From: Armatimonadota bacterium
GTDB lineage: Bacteria > Armatimonadota > UBA10988
Direction: 5' to 3'
NCBI GenBank assembly: GCA_016235455.1
Contig: JACRKZ010000008.1
Location: forward strand, 32,001-96,000
Length of the DNA: 64,000 nt
Shown here: one piece after another, positions 48,717 through 57,808 of the stretch
Numbering within the stretch: position 1 is the first letter of the stretch
Layout of the letters: each line of letters opens with the position of its first letter
Translations under genes and position numbers: made by a program
The notes under the pieces: model-generated
What the model was told of the DNA's origin: nothing
What the model saw: the letters and a program-made list of their open reading frames with translations, nothing else
The model's database searches: none

Positions 48717-49082
48717 TTAGACTCCCCCCGTCAGATCGGCCAGCCGGGCGAGGCCCTTCTCCAGGTTCAGCGCGGTAACCACGTCCTCCAGCTCCAGCCC
48801 CAGCTCGACCAAGGTGATGGCCACGGCCGGCTGGATGCCGGTGACCACCACCGACGCACCCATCAGCCGCGCCATCAGCGCCGCATCGCGGATGATCTTG
48901 CCCAGAAAACTGTCCACCGTATCCACGGCGGTCAGGTCGATCACCACGCCGGTCGCCCCGGTCGCCTTGATCTGGTTGAGGATGTCCTCCTTGAACTGCA
49001 CCGCGCTCTCGTCGTTCAGCTCAATCTGGATCGACGCAATCAGCGCATTTCCGATCTTGAGAACCGGAATCTTCTGGATCAT
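48717..49082 (-). CDS. rsbS: stressosome STAS protein RsbS
   Basis: [26 protein letters not shown] (phospho-Ser site), [15 protein letters not shown]. Confidence 0.96.
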   Translation of the reverse strand: MIQKIPVLKIGNALIASIQIELNDESAVQFKEDILNQIKATGATGVVIDLTAVDTVDSFLGKIIRDAALMARLMGASVVVTGIQPAVAITLVELGLELEDVVTALNLEKGLARLADLTGGV

Positions 49083-50437
49083 CGTTCACCTCGGTCTGCT
49101 ACCAACGTCCCTCGCAGATCATGCGTGTCCGCTTGATCGATCCGCACGTCCACCATCTCACCCGTCGCGATCGGCCACTCGCCGACGACGCAGTGTACGA
49201 CACCGTCGATCTCAGGCGCGTCGCGATAGCTGCGGCCGACCAACTCGCCCTCGGCCACGCGCTCGACCAGCACGGTGAGCCGGCGCCCGACCAGCGCCTG
49301 CAGCCGCGCCGCGGAGACGCGGGCCTGGCGCTCAGCCAGTTCGGCCACGCGCGCTCGGGCCACGCCCGCGGGCACCTGGTGCGGCAGCGCGGCGGCCGGC
49401 GTGCCCGCTTCGGCCGAGTACGCGAAGAAGCCTACTCTATCCAGAGCCGCCTCGTCCAGGAAAGTTGCCAGTTCCTCGAACTCGGGCCGCCGCTCGCCGG
49501 GGAAACCAACGATGAACGTGCTGCGCAGGCAGATGTCGGGCATCGCCGCGCGGAGCTTGCCGATCAGCCGCAGGTACCCGTCGCGTCGGCCGCCACGGCC
49601 CATGCCCGCCAGCACGCTGTCCGCGGCGTGCTGCAGTGGCATGTCCAGGTACGGCAGCACGTTGGGTGTCTCGGCCATGGCGGCGATGAGCTTGTCGTCC
49701 ACCTTGGTCGGATAGGCATACAGGATGCGCACCCAGTCCAGCCCGTCGACGCCGCCGAGGGCCCGCAGCAGGTCGGCCAGTTCGCGCGGGCCGCGGTCGC
49801 TGCCGAAGCCGGTGGTGTCTTCGCCGATCAGGTTGACTTCGCGCACGCCGTCAGCCACCAGCGCGCGGGCCTCGGCCACCACGCTGTCGATGCTGCGGCT
49901 GCGCAGGCTGCCGCGAATGGTGGGGATCAGGCAGAACGTGCAGTTGCAGTTGCAGCCTTCGCCGATCTTGACATAGGCCGTCCAAGGTGGCGTGGCACGC
50001 CGTCGCGGCAGGCTGTCCTGATAGGGCAGCGCCGGCGCCGAGACGAGCGTCGTCTGGACCTGGATACCGGCGCGCTGCTGCCGCACCAGTTCGGCCAGGT
50101 GCGGGAACTCCGAGACGCCGACCACCAGGTCGACCTCGGCGCACTTGTCGCGAATGAGCGCGGGCGTGAGTTGGGCCAGGCAGCCGGTCACCACCAGCGT
50201 GTCACACTGCCCCGAGCGCTTGAGCCGGGCGGCGGCGCGGATCTCGGCCACGGCCTCATCGCGCGCGGCCTGCAGGAAGCCGCACGTGTTGACCACGATG
50301 ACATTGGCCTGCTCGATGTCGGTGACCAACTGGTAGCCATCGGCACAGAGCACGCCGAGCATCTGCTCGGCATCGACCAGGTTCTTGGGGCAGCCCAGCG
50401 CGACCAGCGCCACGGTTCCGGCGGATGGGTCGGCCAC
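49079..50437 (-). CDS. rimO: ribosomal protein S12 methylthiotransferase
   Basis: [22 protein letters not shown], radical-SAM [25 protein letters not shown] domain DAPEIDG. Confidence 0.96.
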   Translation of the reverse strand: MADPSAGTVALVALGCPKNLVDAEQMLGVLCADGYQLVTDIEQANVIVVNTCGFLQAARDEAVAEIRAAARLKRSGQCDTLVVTGCLAQLTPALIRDKCAEVDLVVGVSEFPHLAELVRQQRAGIQVQTTLVSAPALPYQDSLPRRRATPPWTAYVKIGEGCNCNCTFCLIPTIRGSLRSRSIDSVVAEARALVADGVREVNLIGEDTTGFGSDRGPRELADLLRALGGVDGLDWVRILYAYPTKVDDKLIAAMAETPNVLPYLDMPLQHAADSVLAGMGRGGRRDGYLRLIGKLRAAMPDICLRSTFIVGFPGERRPEFEELATFLDEAALDRVGFFAYSAEAGTPAAALPHQVPAGVARARVAELAERQARVSAARLQALVGRRLTVLVERVAEGELVGRSYRDAPEIDGVVHCVVGEWPIATGEMVDVRIDQADTHDLRGTLVADRGER

Positions 50438-53157
50438 TAGGCAGCTCCCGCGGCGCTGGAGGCCACGCCGCCCAGCCGGCCCGAGATGCGCTCGGAGAGG
50501 CCTATCGACTGCTCGTCGGCCATCTTGGCGCCGGTGGCGCTGGAGACGCAGTAGAAGGCGTCCTCGGCGGCGTTGCGCCAGGTGGTGACCTTGGCCACGC
50601 GGATGTCCAGTTGCTCCGAGTGCAGCGCATCGGCCAGCCGGAACAGCAGGCCGCGCTCGTCGGCGGCGCGGATGGACACCACGGTGTACTGCCGACTGGA
50701 GTCGTTACTGACCTCCACGCTGTGCACCACGACATCGACCTGACTGCGGCCGCGCTTCTCGAGCAGTTCGGAGACCGTCTGCTCCGCGCGCACCACGCGC
50801 GACAGGTCCTCGGCCAGGCGGTCGCGCTTGCCCTGGGTCACGCTCTGGCCGAAGTCGTCGAGCCAGATGGTGCAGATGGCCTGGCGCCGGCCGTCATCGC
50901 CCAACGCCACGGCGACTTCCTGCTGACAGAGGTAGATGTCCAGGTTGTTGGCCGAGATGGTGCCGGCGATATCGCGCAGCAGGCCGGGCCGGTCGGTCGT
51001 GCACAGCGTCAGTTCGGTGTGCTTGGCGCCGAGCGCCTGGTAGAACTCGACCACCGGGTCCTCGCCGCCGTCGAGGCGTTCGAGGTAGGCGATGTGCTTG
51101 GCCACCAGGGCCGGCGGTGTGTTGACCGCATACCACACCGGCAGCCGCTCCAGATGCGTGCGCACGACCTCCGGGTCCATGTCCTTGAGGGCCGGGGCGC
51201 GGGTCAGGCGGCGGCGCGCGCGGCCCGCCTGGTCGGTATCGCTGGGATCGGCCATGGGCCGTTCCTGCACCCAGCGCGCGGCCTTGGCGAACAGCTCCAT
51301 GAGCAGACGGCGGTCGGTATCCTTGAGCACGTTCTGACCCACGCTACGGGTGTCGGCGTAGGTCAGGCAGGTGAGCATATCCAGCGCGTCGAGCGGGTCG
51401 TTGGCCGGCAGCTTCTCCACGAACTCGTCGATCGTGTCCTGCATCTGCAGCGGCTTGAGTCGCGCGGTGCGCATCATGGTCAGGTGTTCCTTGATGAGGA
51501 ACGAGACACGCTCGATCTGATGCTCCTGCAGGCCCAGCCGCTCGCCGGCGACGCGAGCTCGGGGGATGCCGGTGAAGGAGTGGTCGCCGGTGCCGTCGAG
51601 CTTGCCGACATCGTGGTAGAGCGCGGCGAACAGCAGCACCTCGGGCTCCTGCAGGTGCCCGATGGCATCGGACAGGATGCCTTCGTCCTCGCCGTTGGGC
51701 GCGTTCAGCACGCGCTGCAGTTCTTCGAGCACCTTGATCGAGTGCTCGCCGACCGTGTATTCGTGCGCCTGGTCGGTGGGCAGGAAGGGCAGCAGCGGCT
51801 CGAACTCGGGCAGCAGTCGCTCGAGCACGTGCAGCCGCAGCATATGGCGCAGGGCGCCGGCGACGTCGCGGTCGGGCTTGAGCATGGCCAGGAAACGCTC
51901 GCCCACCGACTTGCGCCGCAGTACCGCCAGGTCGAGCAACTCGGCGCTGGCGGCGATGAGCCGTTCGAGGCGTAGCGACATGCCCAGCCCGTAGGTCTGC
52001 GCTTCGCCGAACAACGCCACCATGCGCTCAGGGTCGTCGCGGAAGATGGTGTCGTGGGTCGGCTCCAGCTTCCACCGTTCGACATAGCAGCCCTGGCGGA
52101 ACTCCATGCGCTGCTCGCGGCACTCGGCGAGCAGTCGACGCGAGAAGTCGGCCAGCCGGCGCGCGCTGTGGTAGAGCCCGCGCATGAGGTCCTCGGCCGC
52201 CGCGACGCGATGGTGGTCGCGGTAACCCAGCGCTTCGGCCATCTCCTGCTGGTACGACTTGTGCAGCACGTCGAGCTTCTGGCCGCGGCGCAGGTGCAGC
52301 CAGTTGCGTGCGCGCAGGATGAGTTCGAGCGCGTTGAGCGTCTCGACGCGCTCCTGCTCACCAATGACACCGCGCACCTGGAGCGCGCCGAGCACGTCCC
52401 AGTCGGCGATGCGGTAGACCACTTTGGCCACCCAGACCGCCGCGTGGAAGTCGCGCAGGCCGCCAGGGCCGCTCTTGAGGTTGGGCTCCACGGCAAACAG
52501 GCTCTGCCGGCGGTCGCGCCAGATGTCCAGGCGCTCCTCGGCGTTGAGGTGCAGGAACTCCACCGGCGCGATGGAGGTCATCACGGCCTGCATGAAGTGC
52601 ATGTACAGCGACATATCGCCCGCGACGAAGCGTGATTCCAGCAGTGCTGTGGCCGATTGATGGTCGATGTAGCCCAGATCGCTGAGCGGCCGGTAGGAGT
52701 GGGCCACATGCGGATGGCGCAGTGGCACGAGCACCTGGCCCAGCAGCGACAGCATCTCGCGGATGATCGCGTCGATGTGCGCATGCTCCTCGACCATGGG
52801 CACGAAGACGAGATCGATGTCGGACCACGGCGCCAGATGCGCGCGGCCATAGCCGCCGACGGCGGCCACGCACACATCGGCGTCCATGGGCAGCGGGCCA
52901 TCGCGCCGCTCCACCTCGGCCAGAGCCAACTGGAAGATCGCCGACAGGACCGTGTCGAAGACGGCGCTGTGCTGGGCACAGTACTCACCGCCCGTGGGCT
53001 TCATCTCAAACTGCTTGGTCAGCGCCTCGCGCTCAGCATCGAGGAACTCCCGAATCCGCGTGACCACCGCGTCGCGCTGGGCTGGGTCCAGCCAGGAGTC
53101 GCCCAGTAAGGCCCGCAGCTTTTCCTTGTAGCGGGCTAGCACAGCCTGTGTCAGCAT
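50437..53157 (-). CDS. glnD: PII uridylyltransferase / uridylyl-removing enzyme
   Basis: AVGGYGR...SDIDL nucleotidyltransferase motif, EPNLKSGPGGLRD, HEYTVGEH, LYHDVGK (HD), two ACT domains (DRPGLL, DERGLL...AEDAFY). Confidence 0.94.
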   Translation of the reverse strand: MLTQAVLARYKEKLRALLGDSWLDPAQRDAVVTRIREFLDAEREALTKQFEMKPTGGEYCAQHSAVFDTVLSAIFQLALAEVERRDGPLPMDADVCVAAVGGYGRAHLAPWSDIDLVFVPMVEEHAHIDAIIREMLSLLGQVLVPLRHPHVAHSYRPLSDLGYIDHQSATALLESRFVAGDMSLYMHFMQAVMTSIAPVEFLHLNAEERLDIWRDRRQSLFAVEPNLKSGPGGLRDFHAAVWVAKVVYRIADWDVLGALQVRGVIGEQERVETLNALELILRARNWLHLRRGQKLDVLHKSYQQEMAEALGYRDHHRVAAAEDLMRGLYHSARRLADFSRRLLAECREQRMEFRQGCYVERWKLEPTHDTIFRDDPERMVALFGEAQTYGLGMSLRLERLIAASAELLDLAVLRRKSVGERFLAMLKPDRDVAGALRHMLRLHVLERLLPEFEPLLPFLPTDQAHEYTVGEHSIKVLEELQRVLNAPNGEDEGILSDAIGHLQEPEVLLFAALYHDVGKLDGTGDHSFTGIPRARVAGERLGLQEHQIERVSFLIKEHLTMMRTARLKPLQMQDTIDEFVEKLPANDPLDALDMLTCLTYADTRSVGQNVLKDTDRRLLMELFAKAARWVQERPMADPSDTDQAGRARRRLTRAPALKDMDPEVVRTHLERLPVWYAVNTPPALVAKHIAYLERLDGGEDPVVEFYQALGAKHTELTLCTTDRPGLLRDIAGTISANNLDIYLCQQEVAVALGDDGRRQAICTIWLDDFGQSVTQGKRDRLAEDLSRVVRAEQTVSELLEKRGRSQVDVVVHSVEVSNDSSRQYTVVSIRAADERGLLFRLADALHSEQLDIRVAKVTTWRNAAEDAFYCVSSATGAKMADEQSIGLSERISGRLGGVASSAAGAA

Positions 53158-53179
53158 CCTTCTCCGGTGCTCGACCCAG

Positions 53180-53208
53180 ATTCTAGGGCCGCGCCACCCC
53201 AACGTCAA
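53180..53208 (-). promoter_or_regulatory. sigma70-type promoter of the glnD-rimO-rsb operon
   Basis: Minus strand TTGACG-17 nt-TAGAAT, followed by GGAGAAGG RBS and the glnD ATG. Confidence 0.72.
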
Positions 53209-53251
53209 CGGCAGCCGGCATCCAGAGTATCCTTTATGCGGAGTTCGCGAG

Positions 53252-54247
53252 TTGATCGCCTGGCCCACCACCACCGTCTCGGCCACCGTGGCCCAGCCCA
53301 TCTACGCCTGGGAGCCGCCGCTGGCCGGCGACGAGCAGCCTGGCTACCCCTACCCTTTGATCGACCGGCGAGAGAGCCACGCGGTCGATCTCGCCGCGCT
53401 GGATCTGGGCGGTCAGCTCGTCCTGCCTGAACTGGGCGGTCTGCTCGCCGAAACGGTGGTCACGCCCGGCGCCGGTGACGGGCCGTTGCTGGCGATCGTC
53501 GAGGAGGGTCAGCCGGTGCTCTGGCGGCTCGACCCGGCCACGGGCCTGACCGTGCGCGACAGCGGCTGGCCGCGTCGGCGGCGGCTGGTGCACAACCCGA
53601 CCGCACGTCCGGTGTCCCTGCCCGACTGGCTTGGCCTGCCGCCGCTGTCGCTCGCGCCCGACGAAACCTGGCCGGGCTCCACGGACTCGGCCTGGCGTAG
53701 TCCCGCGTTGGTCGCCGAACAAGCGTTGCGCGGCGACATCGACGGCCCGCTGCCCGGCAGCTACGCATTGGCTGGCACCGCGGCGCTCCTGGCCACGGGC
53801 CGTAACGACGAAGCGACCGCGTTGCTGGCTCTGCCGCTGAGCGAGGCGCCCGGCATACCGCCCGGGCTGCTGCCGTTCGTGCGCGCCTTCGTGGCCGGCA
53901 GCGAGCCGCCCTGGCGCTGGGAGCTGGCGTGGGGTGCGGGCTTCGCGCACGGTCGCCTGGCCCGACTGGCGCTCGAGTATGCGGTCGAATGCCACGATGA
54001 CGTGCTGGCGCACTACCATCTGGGCTGCGTCCTGGCCAACTGGGGCCGCTGGGACCAGGCGTGTGTGCACTGGGCGGCAGCCACCGACGGACCGGACGCC
54101 GCCGAGGCCAACCGCAACCTCGGCTTCGCCGCGCGCCGGCACTACCGCGACGACCGCGCCGCGGCCGCCTTCTACCGCGAGGCGCTGGCCATCGGCGCCG
54201 GAGCCATCACCCACCGCGAGGCCGCCGAGCTCGGCGTCACAGGCTGA
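53252..54247 (+). CDS. hypothetical protein, shortened DUF5107-like N-terminus + TPR
   Basis: YPYP...VLPELGG motif; TPR YHLGCVLANWGRWDQA, NRNLG, AAFYREAL. Confidence 0.55.
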   Translation: MIAWPTTTVSATVAQPIYAWEPPLAGDEQPGYPYPLIDRRESHAVDLAALDLGGQLVLPELGGLLAETVVTPGAGDGPLLAIVEEGQPVLWRLDPATGLTVRDSGWPRRRRLVHNPTARPVSLPDWLGLPPLSLAPDETWPGSTDSAWRSPALVAEQALRGDIDGPLPGSYALAGTAALLATGRNDEATALLALPLSEAPGIPPGLLPFVRAFVAGSEPPWRWELAWGAGFAHGRLARLALEYAVECHDDVLAHYHLGCVLANWGRWDQACVHWAAATDGPDAAEANRNLGFAARRHYRDDRAAAAFYREALAIGAGAITHREAAELGVTG

Positions 54248-54884
54248 CCTGAACCGGGTTAGGTGCCTCACCGGTGAGCCGTGCCCGGGCCGGACGCGCA
54301 CCCTCGGCCAAGCGCACCAGCGTGGCCGCCAGCAAGTGGTTGTCGCGCCGACAGGCACCGTGATGGGCGTGGTTGCGCGAGTCGAGCGTGATCTCGTCGA
54401 ACGGCTCGCCATCGGCGATGGTCACCTCGACCCGCGCCCATGGCGCGTAGGCCGTGCGCACCAGCCGCACGCCGGCGATGGCCGCCGCCGGCACGGTGAA
54501 GTTGATGCCGTCGCCGTGGAAAATGAGCCCCTCGGGCACGATGGTCAGGAAGCCCACATCGTCGTCGGTCTCCACCAGCCGGCGGCCCAGCGAGGTGTTG
54601 TGGCAGGGATAGGACAGGCCCACGAACCGCGCGCGCCGATGGTCGGCCGGTTCACCCAAGGCCTCCAGCCGCTGGGCCAGCGAGCGGCGCAGCCAGCCGT
54701 TGCCAAAGAGCATGAGGTAGTTGAGCACGAACCACGCGTAGGCCACGAGCAAGGCCGGCGCGAGCAGCACGAACCGCTCGCACAGCGCCGCTGTGACCAT
54801 GGCGCTGGCCACGAACGTGACCGACAGCAGCGGTGCCATCCACCGCCGGTAGACCGGAAAGACTCGCTGGCTCACGCTACTCAT
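54237..54884 (-). CDS. hypothetical membrane protein
   Basis: Two N-terminal TMs followed by a PH-like beta-rich domain (DDDVGFLTIVPEGLIFHGD). Confidence 0.68.
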   Translation of the reverse strand: MSSVSQRVFPVYRRWMAPLLSVTFVASAMVTAALCERFVLLAPALLVAYAWFVLNYLMLFGNGWLRRSLAQRLEALGEPADHRRARFVGLSYPCHNTSLGRRLVETDDDVGFLTIVPEGLIFHGDGINFTVPAAAIAGVRLVRTAYAPWARVEVTIADGEPFDEITLDSRNHAHHGACRRDNHLLAATLVRLAEGARPARARLTGEAPNPVQVSL

Positions 54885-54951
54885 CGGGCTCGCTCCGGCG
54901 CTGCCTGCTTAGGAGCATTGTGGCCCAGACCGCGCGCCTGCAAACCCCATG

Positions 54952-55992
54952 TTAGGGGTACAGGCCCCAATGCGTCAGGCCCAATCCCTCGTCGAGGCCG
55001 AACATGACGTTCATGTTCTGAAGCGCGGAGCCGGCCTGGCCCTTGACCAGGTTGTCCTCCGCGGCGGTGACGATGAGCTGGCCGGTGCGCTGGTTGACGT
55101 TCACGGCCAGGTCCGCGAAGTTGCTGCCGAGCACCACGCCGGTACCATGGCAGGTGCCGTCGTCGCTGACGCGCACGAACGGACTGCCGGCATAGAAGTC
55201 GCGGTAGGCGGCGCGCGCCTCCTCGGGCGTGATGGGCTTGGCCAGCCGTGCGTAGCAGGTGTCCAGGATGCCGCGGCTGGTAGGCACCAGGTGCGCCACG
55301 AACGTGAGGGTCACGGGCTCGCCGGCCATGTCGCTCAGATAGCATTCCATCTCGGGCGTGTGCTGATGCTCGACGATGCGGTAAGCCTCGACATTCTCGT
55401 TGCGATGCGGGAAGTGGAAGCTGGGCTTGGGCGACTTGCCCGCGCCGGAGACCGCCGTCTTGCCGTCGATGATGATGCCGTCGGGCTCCACCAGCCCCAG
55501 CCGCAGCGCGGGCGCCAGGGCCAGGATGGCGCCCACGGCGAAGCAGCCGACATTGGCCACCAGCCGCGCGCCGGCGATCTGCTCGCGGTATAGCTCAGGC
55601 AGGCCGTAGACCGCCTCGGCCAGCAGTTCCGGGTCGGCGTGGTCCTTGCCGTACCACTCGCGGTAGACGGCCGGATCGCGGAAGCGGAAGTCACCGCTGT
55701 AGTCGATGACCTTGACCCCAGCGTCGAGGTAGCCGCGCGCCTCGTTCATGCCGACGCCGTTGGGCGTGGCGAAGAAGACGACATCCGGCTGCTCGCTGTC
55801 GACCTCGGTGCCGGCGACCTGCACGCGCAGGTCGCAGAAGCCGCGCAGGTGCGGGTAGAACTCGTCGATCCGGCGGGTATCGTCCTGGCGCGCAACCAAC
55901 GAGGTGATCTGGGCCTGGGGATGACGCAGCAACCCCTCGATGATGCCCAGTCCGCCATAGCCCGTCGCGCCGATCACCTTGGCCCGGATCAT
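54952..55992 (-). CDS. argC: N-acetyl-gamma-glutamyl-phosphate reductase
   Basis: GATGYGG, IDYSGDFR, YGLPEL, ANVGCF (catalytic Cys), SGAG, HQHTPE, DNLVKGQAGSALQNMN. Confidence 0.96.
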   Translation of the reverse strand: MIRAKVIGATGYGGLGIIEGLLRHPQAQITSLVARQDDTRRIDEFYPHLRGFCDLRVQVAGTEVDSEQPDVVFFATPNGVGMNEARGYLDAGVKVIDYSGDFRFRDPAVYREWYGKDHADPELLAEAVYGLPELYREQIAGARLVANVGCFAVGAILALAPALRLGLVEPDGIIIDGKTAVSGAGKSPKPSFHFPHRNENVEAYRIVEHQHTPEMECYLSDMAGEPVTLTFVAHLVPTSRGILDTCYARLAKPITPEEARAAYRDFYAGSPFVRVSDDGTCHGTGVVLGSNFADLAVNVNQRTGQLIVTAAEDNLVKGQAGSALQNMNVMFGLDEGLGLTHWGLYP

Positions 55993-55996
55993 GTTG

Positions 55997-57790
55997 TTAG
56001 TCCTCCGCTGGAGTCTGCCGCTGCCCGCCGGGCAGCCGCAGTGTGAAGATGGTACCCTCTCCCGGCCGGCTGGCAACCCCAATCTCGCCGCCCTGGCCGA
56101 CAACAATCTGCCGCACCAGGTCGAGGCCGAGGCCCGTGCCGGCCTTGCCCTTGGTTGTGTAGAAGGGCTCCCAGATGCGTTCCAGGCGATCCGCGGGGAT
56201 GCCCACACCGTTGTCGGTCACGCGCAGGACCACCCCGTCGGTCACGGACTCGGCCTCGACGCTGACCACCGGCTCGCGGTCGGGCACCTCGGCCACGGCG
56301 TCGCCGGCGTTGCGCAGGAGGTTGAGCAGCACCTGCTTGAGCCCGTCGCGGTCACCCACGAAATCGATGTCGTCAGGGCAGATGACCGACACGGTGAGCC
56401 GGGCGAAGGCCGCATCGAACTGCATCAGCCGCACGGTCTCGTCGATGGCCCGGCGCAGCGGATGCGTGCCGCCGCCCAGGTGGCGCGGTTTGGCGTAGCC
56501 GCGCACCTCCTCGAGCGTATCGCGCAGACGCCAGCCCTCCTCGGCGATGGCCGCCACCAGCTCACGCACGTCTTCCTCGCTCATGTGGTCGAGATGGTCG
56601 CGCACGGTGGCCGCGGCGCCGATGATGCCGCCGAGCGTGTTGCGCATCTCGTGCGCGGCGCCGCCGGCCAGGCGGCCGACCTCGGCCAGGCGGTCGGCGT
56701 GGAGCATCTGCTCCTGGATCTCATTGAGCCGGCGCGTGGCGCGGCCCAGTTCGCGATAGGCGCGGCCCATGCGCTCGAAGAGCTGCGCGTTGCGCACGGC
56801 GGCGGCCGTGTATTCGGCGAAGTTGAGCAGCAACTGCTCGTCGGACACGGCGAACAGGCCGGCCTCGCGCCGGAACACGCTGAGCACTCCCAGCACTGCT
56901 TCACCGTCGCGCAGCGGCACCGCCAGCAGGCCGCGCAGACCTTCCTCGACATCGTGCGTGCGGTAGGTGGAACGCGGGTCGAGGTTCATGTCGGACACGT
57001 TGAGCGCGCGGCCGGTGGCCAGTACCGTGCCGGTCAGGCCCTGGCCCGAGCGCACTTCCAGCCGGCCGTAGCCGGGGCTGACGCCGCGGTAGGCGCGTGT
57101 CCGTAGCACGCCGTCGTCGTCCACTAGAGCGATGACGCAGCCGTCGGCGCCCATCACCTCGGGTATGGCGTCGATGACGGCTTCCATGACTCGGCCGGTC
57201 TCGAGCGAGGCAGTGACGATGTGGCCCACGCGGGCCACGGCGGCCACCTGCTGAGCCAGCGTCTCGGCCTCGCGACGGTGCGCCACCGCCGCCACCAACT
57301 GCGCCAGCAGCGAGGCGATCAGCTCGCCGGCGACGTACATCGTGTCGCGGTCGCCGATCTCCAGTTCCGCCGCCGCCGCCGCCAGCTCAGTCACGGGCAG
57401 TTCGCTGGCCGTGGCCAGGGCCTCGATCTGGTCCCACGACAGCGGCGCCACCACGCGGCCGCCGCCGGACACCGTGGCCAGATGCTCACCGCCGAAGAAG
57501 ATGGGCACGGCGAAGCGCAGGCGACCGGTGCCGGTCTCCTCGACCAGCAACTCGCCGCGTTCGCCGGTGCGCTGCACCACATCGAGCCGGCCGTCGGGGA
57601 TGCGGCGGCGCGCCGCGGGCGAGGTCTCCAGCAGTTGCCGGAAGCGGCTCACGCGGCTCGGCGAGCAGAGGTCGGCGCCGTCGGGGCCAAGGGTGTGCAC
57701 CTCCATGCGCAGAGCCAGAGCCAACTGGTCCTGGATGGCTTCCCAGTCGGCCCGGCCCACGACATCGCCAAAGAAGGTGTACTGGCCCAT
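55997..57790 (-). CDS. PocR-like + GAF sensor histidine kinase
   Basis: N-terminal PocR-like domain (IQDQLA...GPDG...FAVPIFFGGEHLATVSGG), GAF (LLAVPL...VLGVL), AHEMRN, NLLRNA, DNGVGI, FYTTK, GTGLGL. Confidence 0.88.
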   Translation of the reverse strand: MGQYTFFGDVVGRADWEAIQDQLALALRMEVHTLGPDGADLCSPSRVSRFRQLLETSPAARRRIPDGRLDVVQRTGERGELLVEETGTGRLRFAVPIFFGGEHLATVSGGGRVVAPLSWDQIEALATASELPVTELAAAAAELEIGDRDTMYVAGELIASLLAQLVAAVAHRREAETLAQQVAAVARVGHIVTASLETGRVMEAVIDAIPEVMGADGCVIALVDDDGVLRTRAYRGVSPGYGRLEVRSGQGLTGTVLATGRALNVSDMNLDPRSTYRTHDVEEGLRGLLAVPLRDGEAVLGVLSVFRREAGLFAVSDEQLLLNFAEYTAAAVRNAQLFERMGRAYRELGRATRRLNEIQEQMLHADRLAEVGRLAGGAAHEMRNTLGGIIGAAATVRDHLDHMSEEDVRELVAAIAEEGWRLRDTLEEVRGYAKPRHLGGGTHPLRRAIDETVRLMQFDAAFARLTVSVICPDDIDFVGDRDGLKQVLLNLLRNAGDAVAEVPDREPVVSVEAESVTDGVVLRVTDNGVGIPADRLERIWEPFYTTKGKAGTGLGLDLVRQIVVGQGGEIGVASRPGEGTIFTLRLPGGQRQTPAED

Positions 57791-57808
57791 GGCCCCCACA
57801 GTCTCCGA

